Positions 36,301 through 37,977 of a stretch of 37,977 nucleotides of DNA are shown in pieces. This stretch comes from Saprolegnia diclina VS20. Lineage: Eukaryota. The position numbers and the translations under genes were made by a program. The DNA lies in NCBI RefSeq assembly GCF_000281045.1, contig NW_008246087.1, positions 216,535-254,511 on the forward strand, read 5' to 3'. The notes beneath the pieces were generated by a model, which did no database searches, was not told the DNA's origin, and worked only from the letters and a program-made list of their open reading frames with translations. The number at the start of each line of letters is the position of its first letter. The stretch's first letter is position 1.

Positions 36301-37729
36301 ACGAGCTCTCGGTCGCGGATCGCCGCCAACTGCGCCTCCAAGCTCGCCTCCCACGCGTAGAGCTTGACGACGCGGATGCCCTGGAGCACTTCGTTGGTGA
36401 GTTTGACGCGCTCGGCTTGGACCTTGAGGATATCGCGGCGGACCTCGCCGACCTTGCGTCCCGAGACAAAACCAACGTAGAGGAAGAGAAGCATCACGGC
36501 GCCGCCGCAGACACCGACGACCGCGCCGAGCTGGTGGCCAATCATAATGTAGACAGCGACGAGCATGACGGGGCCGATGACAGCCCAGTAGCCAAAACTA
36601 AAGCCCATAAAGAGACGCTCGGCGTCGACGGACGCAAGCGTGACGACCTCGCCGGTGGTCATTTCTTGTTTGGCGAATCCCGAGAGCTGAAGCGTCTTGC
36701 GGAAGACCATGTCGATCGCAATGGACTTGGCGTTGCAGCCCGTGTGCGTGTTGGCGTACTGCGCATAGTCAATGAGCGTCACCGAGAGAAACGAGAGGAG
36801 CGTGAGGAGCGTCGCGAGCACGTAGCCGTTGTTGATGTGCATGGACGTGTGGACGACCGGGTCTTCAGCGAGGTACTGCAAGATGGACTGGATCAAGATG
36901 GGCTGCAGGAGCATAATACCCGCGTACGCCAAATAGAGGAACAGGCCCCCGAGGATCTGGGCGCGGAANNNNNNNNNNNNNNNNNNNNNNNNNNNNNNNN
37001 NNNNNNNNNNNNNNNNNNNNNNNNNNNNNNNNNNNNNNNNNNNNNNNNNNNNNNNNNNNNNNNNNNNNTACGTGAGGAGGCACGAGAGAAGCGCGATGCC
37101 AACGTACACCCAGCCGTAGCGAACACTGGTGTTCATCCACGACGTGTTGGCCCAGTAGCTCATCAACCAATCCGTGAGCGCAAGCGACGTCTGCGCGAGC
37201 GTGAAGAAGGCGAGGATCGAGAAGCCGACCACGTAGCCGTTGAACCCGCTCGCACCAAAGTACATCTTGTACGTGCCCATAGGAGCGTGAGGAGCGTCGC
37301 GAGCACGTAGCCGTTGTTGATGTGCATGGACGTGTGGACGACCGGGTCTTCAGCGAGGTACTGCAAGATGGACTGGATCAAGATGGGCTGCAGGAGCATA
37401 ATACCCGCGTACGCCAAATAGAGGAACAGGCCCCCGAGGATCTGGGCGCGGAAGGTGCGAAACAAAGCCACGTGGATGCGCGGGATGGATTGCGTCTTCT
37501 CGGTGGCCCAATGCTTCTCAAAGCGGTCGTAGAGGACGTGCGCCTCGTCGCGAGCAGGTAGCGGCCACGTGTCGGCCTCGGTGAGCGGCGCCGTCGCACC
37601 CCGCTTGATGAGGCAGTCCATCCATGCGATCGTGAGCACCGAGGCCCAGCTCGCGGTCTCGCGCGGGTTGACATCACGGCGCAGCTTGGCCGCGTTTGTT
37701 GGCGTTTGCACTGGACGGTACGTTGTCAT
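33363..37729 (-). CDS. ABCC/MRP-family full transporter; 5' part disrupted by a gap, a duplicated block and foreign paralog sequence
   Basis: N-terminus NPRETASWASVLTIAWMD. NBD1: GPVGSGKSS, GERGINLSGGQKARVSLAR, YLLDDPLSALD. TMD2: FFDVTPMGRILNRFSSD. NBD2: GRTGSGKSS, FSVGQRQLLCIARA, LDEATA, IAHRL. TAA at 33363-33365. Confidence 0.9.
36796..37453. repeat. 173-bp direct duplication (36796-36968 = 37281-37453) flanking the gap
   Basis: Both blocks run aggagcgtgaggagc...ctgggcgcggaa and look identical by eye; offset 485 bp. Confidence 0.9.
36969..37068. other. Scaffold gap (100 N)
   Basis: N run. Confidence 1.
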
Positions 37730-37736
37730 GTCCGAG

Positions 37737-37753
37737 AAAATGGAAAAGTGAGC
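37737..37753 (-). promoter_or_regulatory. Possible oomycete initiator plus FPR core promoter element upstream of ABCC
   Basis: Minus strand GCTCACTTTTCCATTTT lies just upstream of the ATG and approximates the oomycete consensus GCTCATTYYNCAWTTT (imperfect match). Confidence 0.4.
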
Positions 37754-37977
37754 GTGGTGAGGTGAAAGTTTGTTTTTTGAAAAAAAGACACGCGCACGCG
37801 AGGACCTACCCACACCATTGTGTGTTATCAAACCGCGGGCGGGTGGTCAGATTCGACGCCAGCCTTCACCAGACATGTGGCCACATCCCTGCCACGAGTT
37901 AAGATGACGGCAAGGTCCAGCGCGTCAACAATCAAAGTTGGTACAAGACCAACATTCGGTGCAGTACCGCCGAGACA

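Overview
Gene-dense, GC-rich eukaryotic DNA with many short (about 40-55 nt) GT-AG introns. It is most consistent with a zoospore-forming oomycete such as Saprolegniales; this is inferred from intron style, gene content and flagellar genes. Left to right: NSUN2/Trm4-like tRNA m5C methyltransferase with an inserted CCHC knuckle (-); PH-domain plus pathogen-related-protein (PRP/SnoaL-like) fusion (+); LCMT1 (-); an N gap; a full-size ABCA transporter (+) with a frameshift and no C-terminus; a tandem cluster (about 14.3-21 kb) of four copies or fragments of a multi-exon gene; a degenerate CDP-DAG-synthase-like membrane protein (+); SWEET (-); FKBP12-like PPIase (+); a small coiled-coil protein (-); DNAAF2/kintoun (+); an intronless ALDH (+); BBS2 (+); a BART-domain protein (-); and an ABCC transporter (-) with an assembly artefact near its 5' end. 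The tandem cluster is the most interesting feature. Its gene encodes a possible DNA-binding N-domain, basic micro-exons, a CHAT caspase-like protease and a STAND/NB-ARC-like P-loop NTPase with no sensor repeats. One copy splices into an open frame with the His/Cys dyad intact, while its neighbours have lost the catalytic core. No database searches were run; all family calls rest on motif recognition, and splice sites were assigned by eye.
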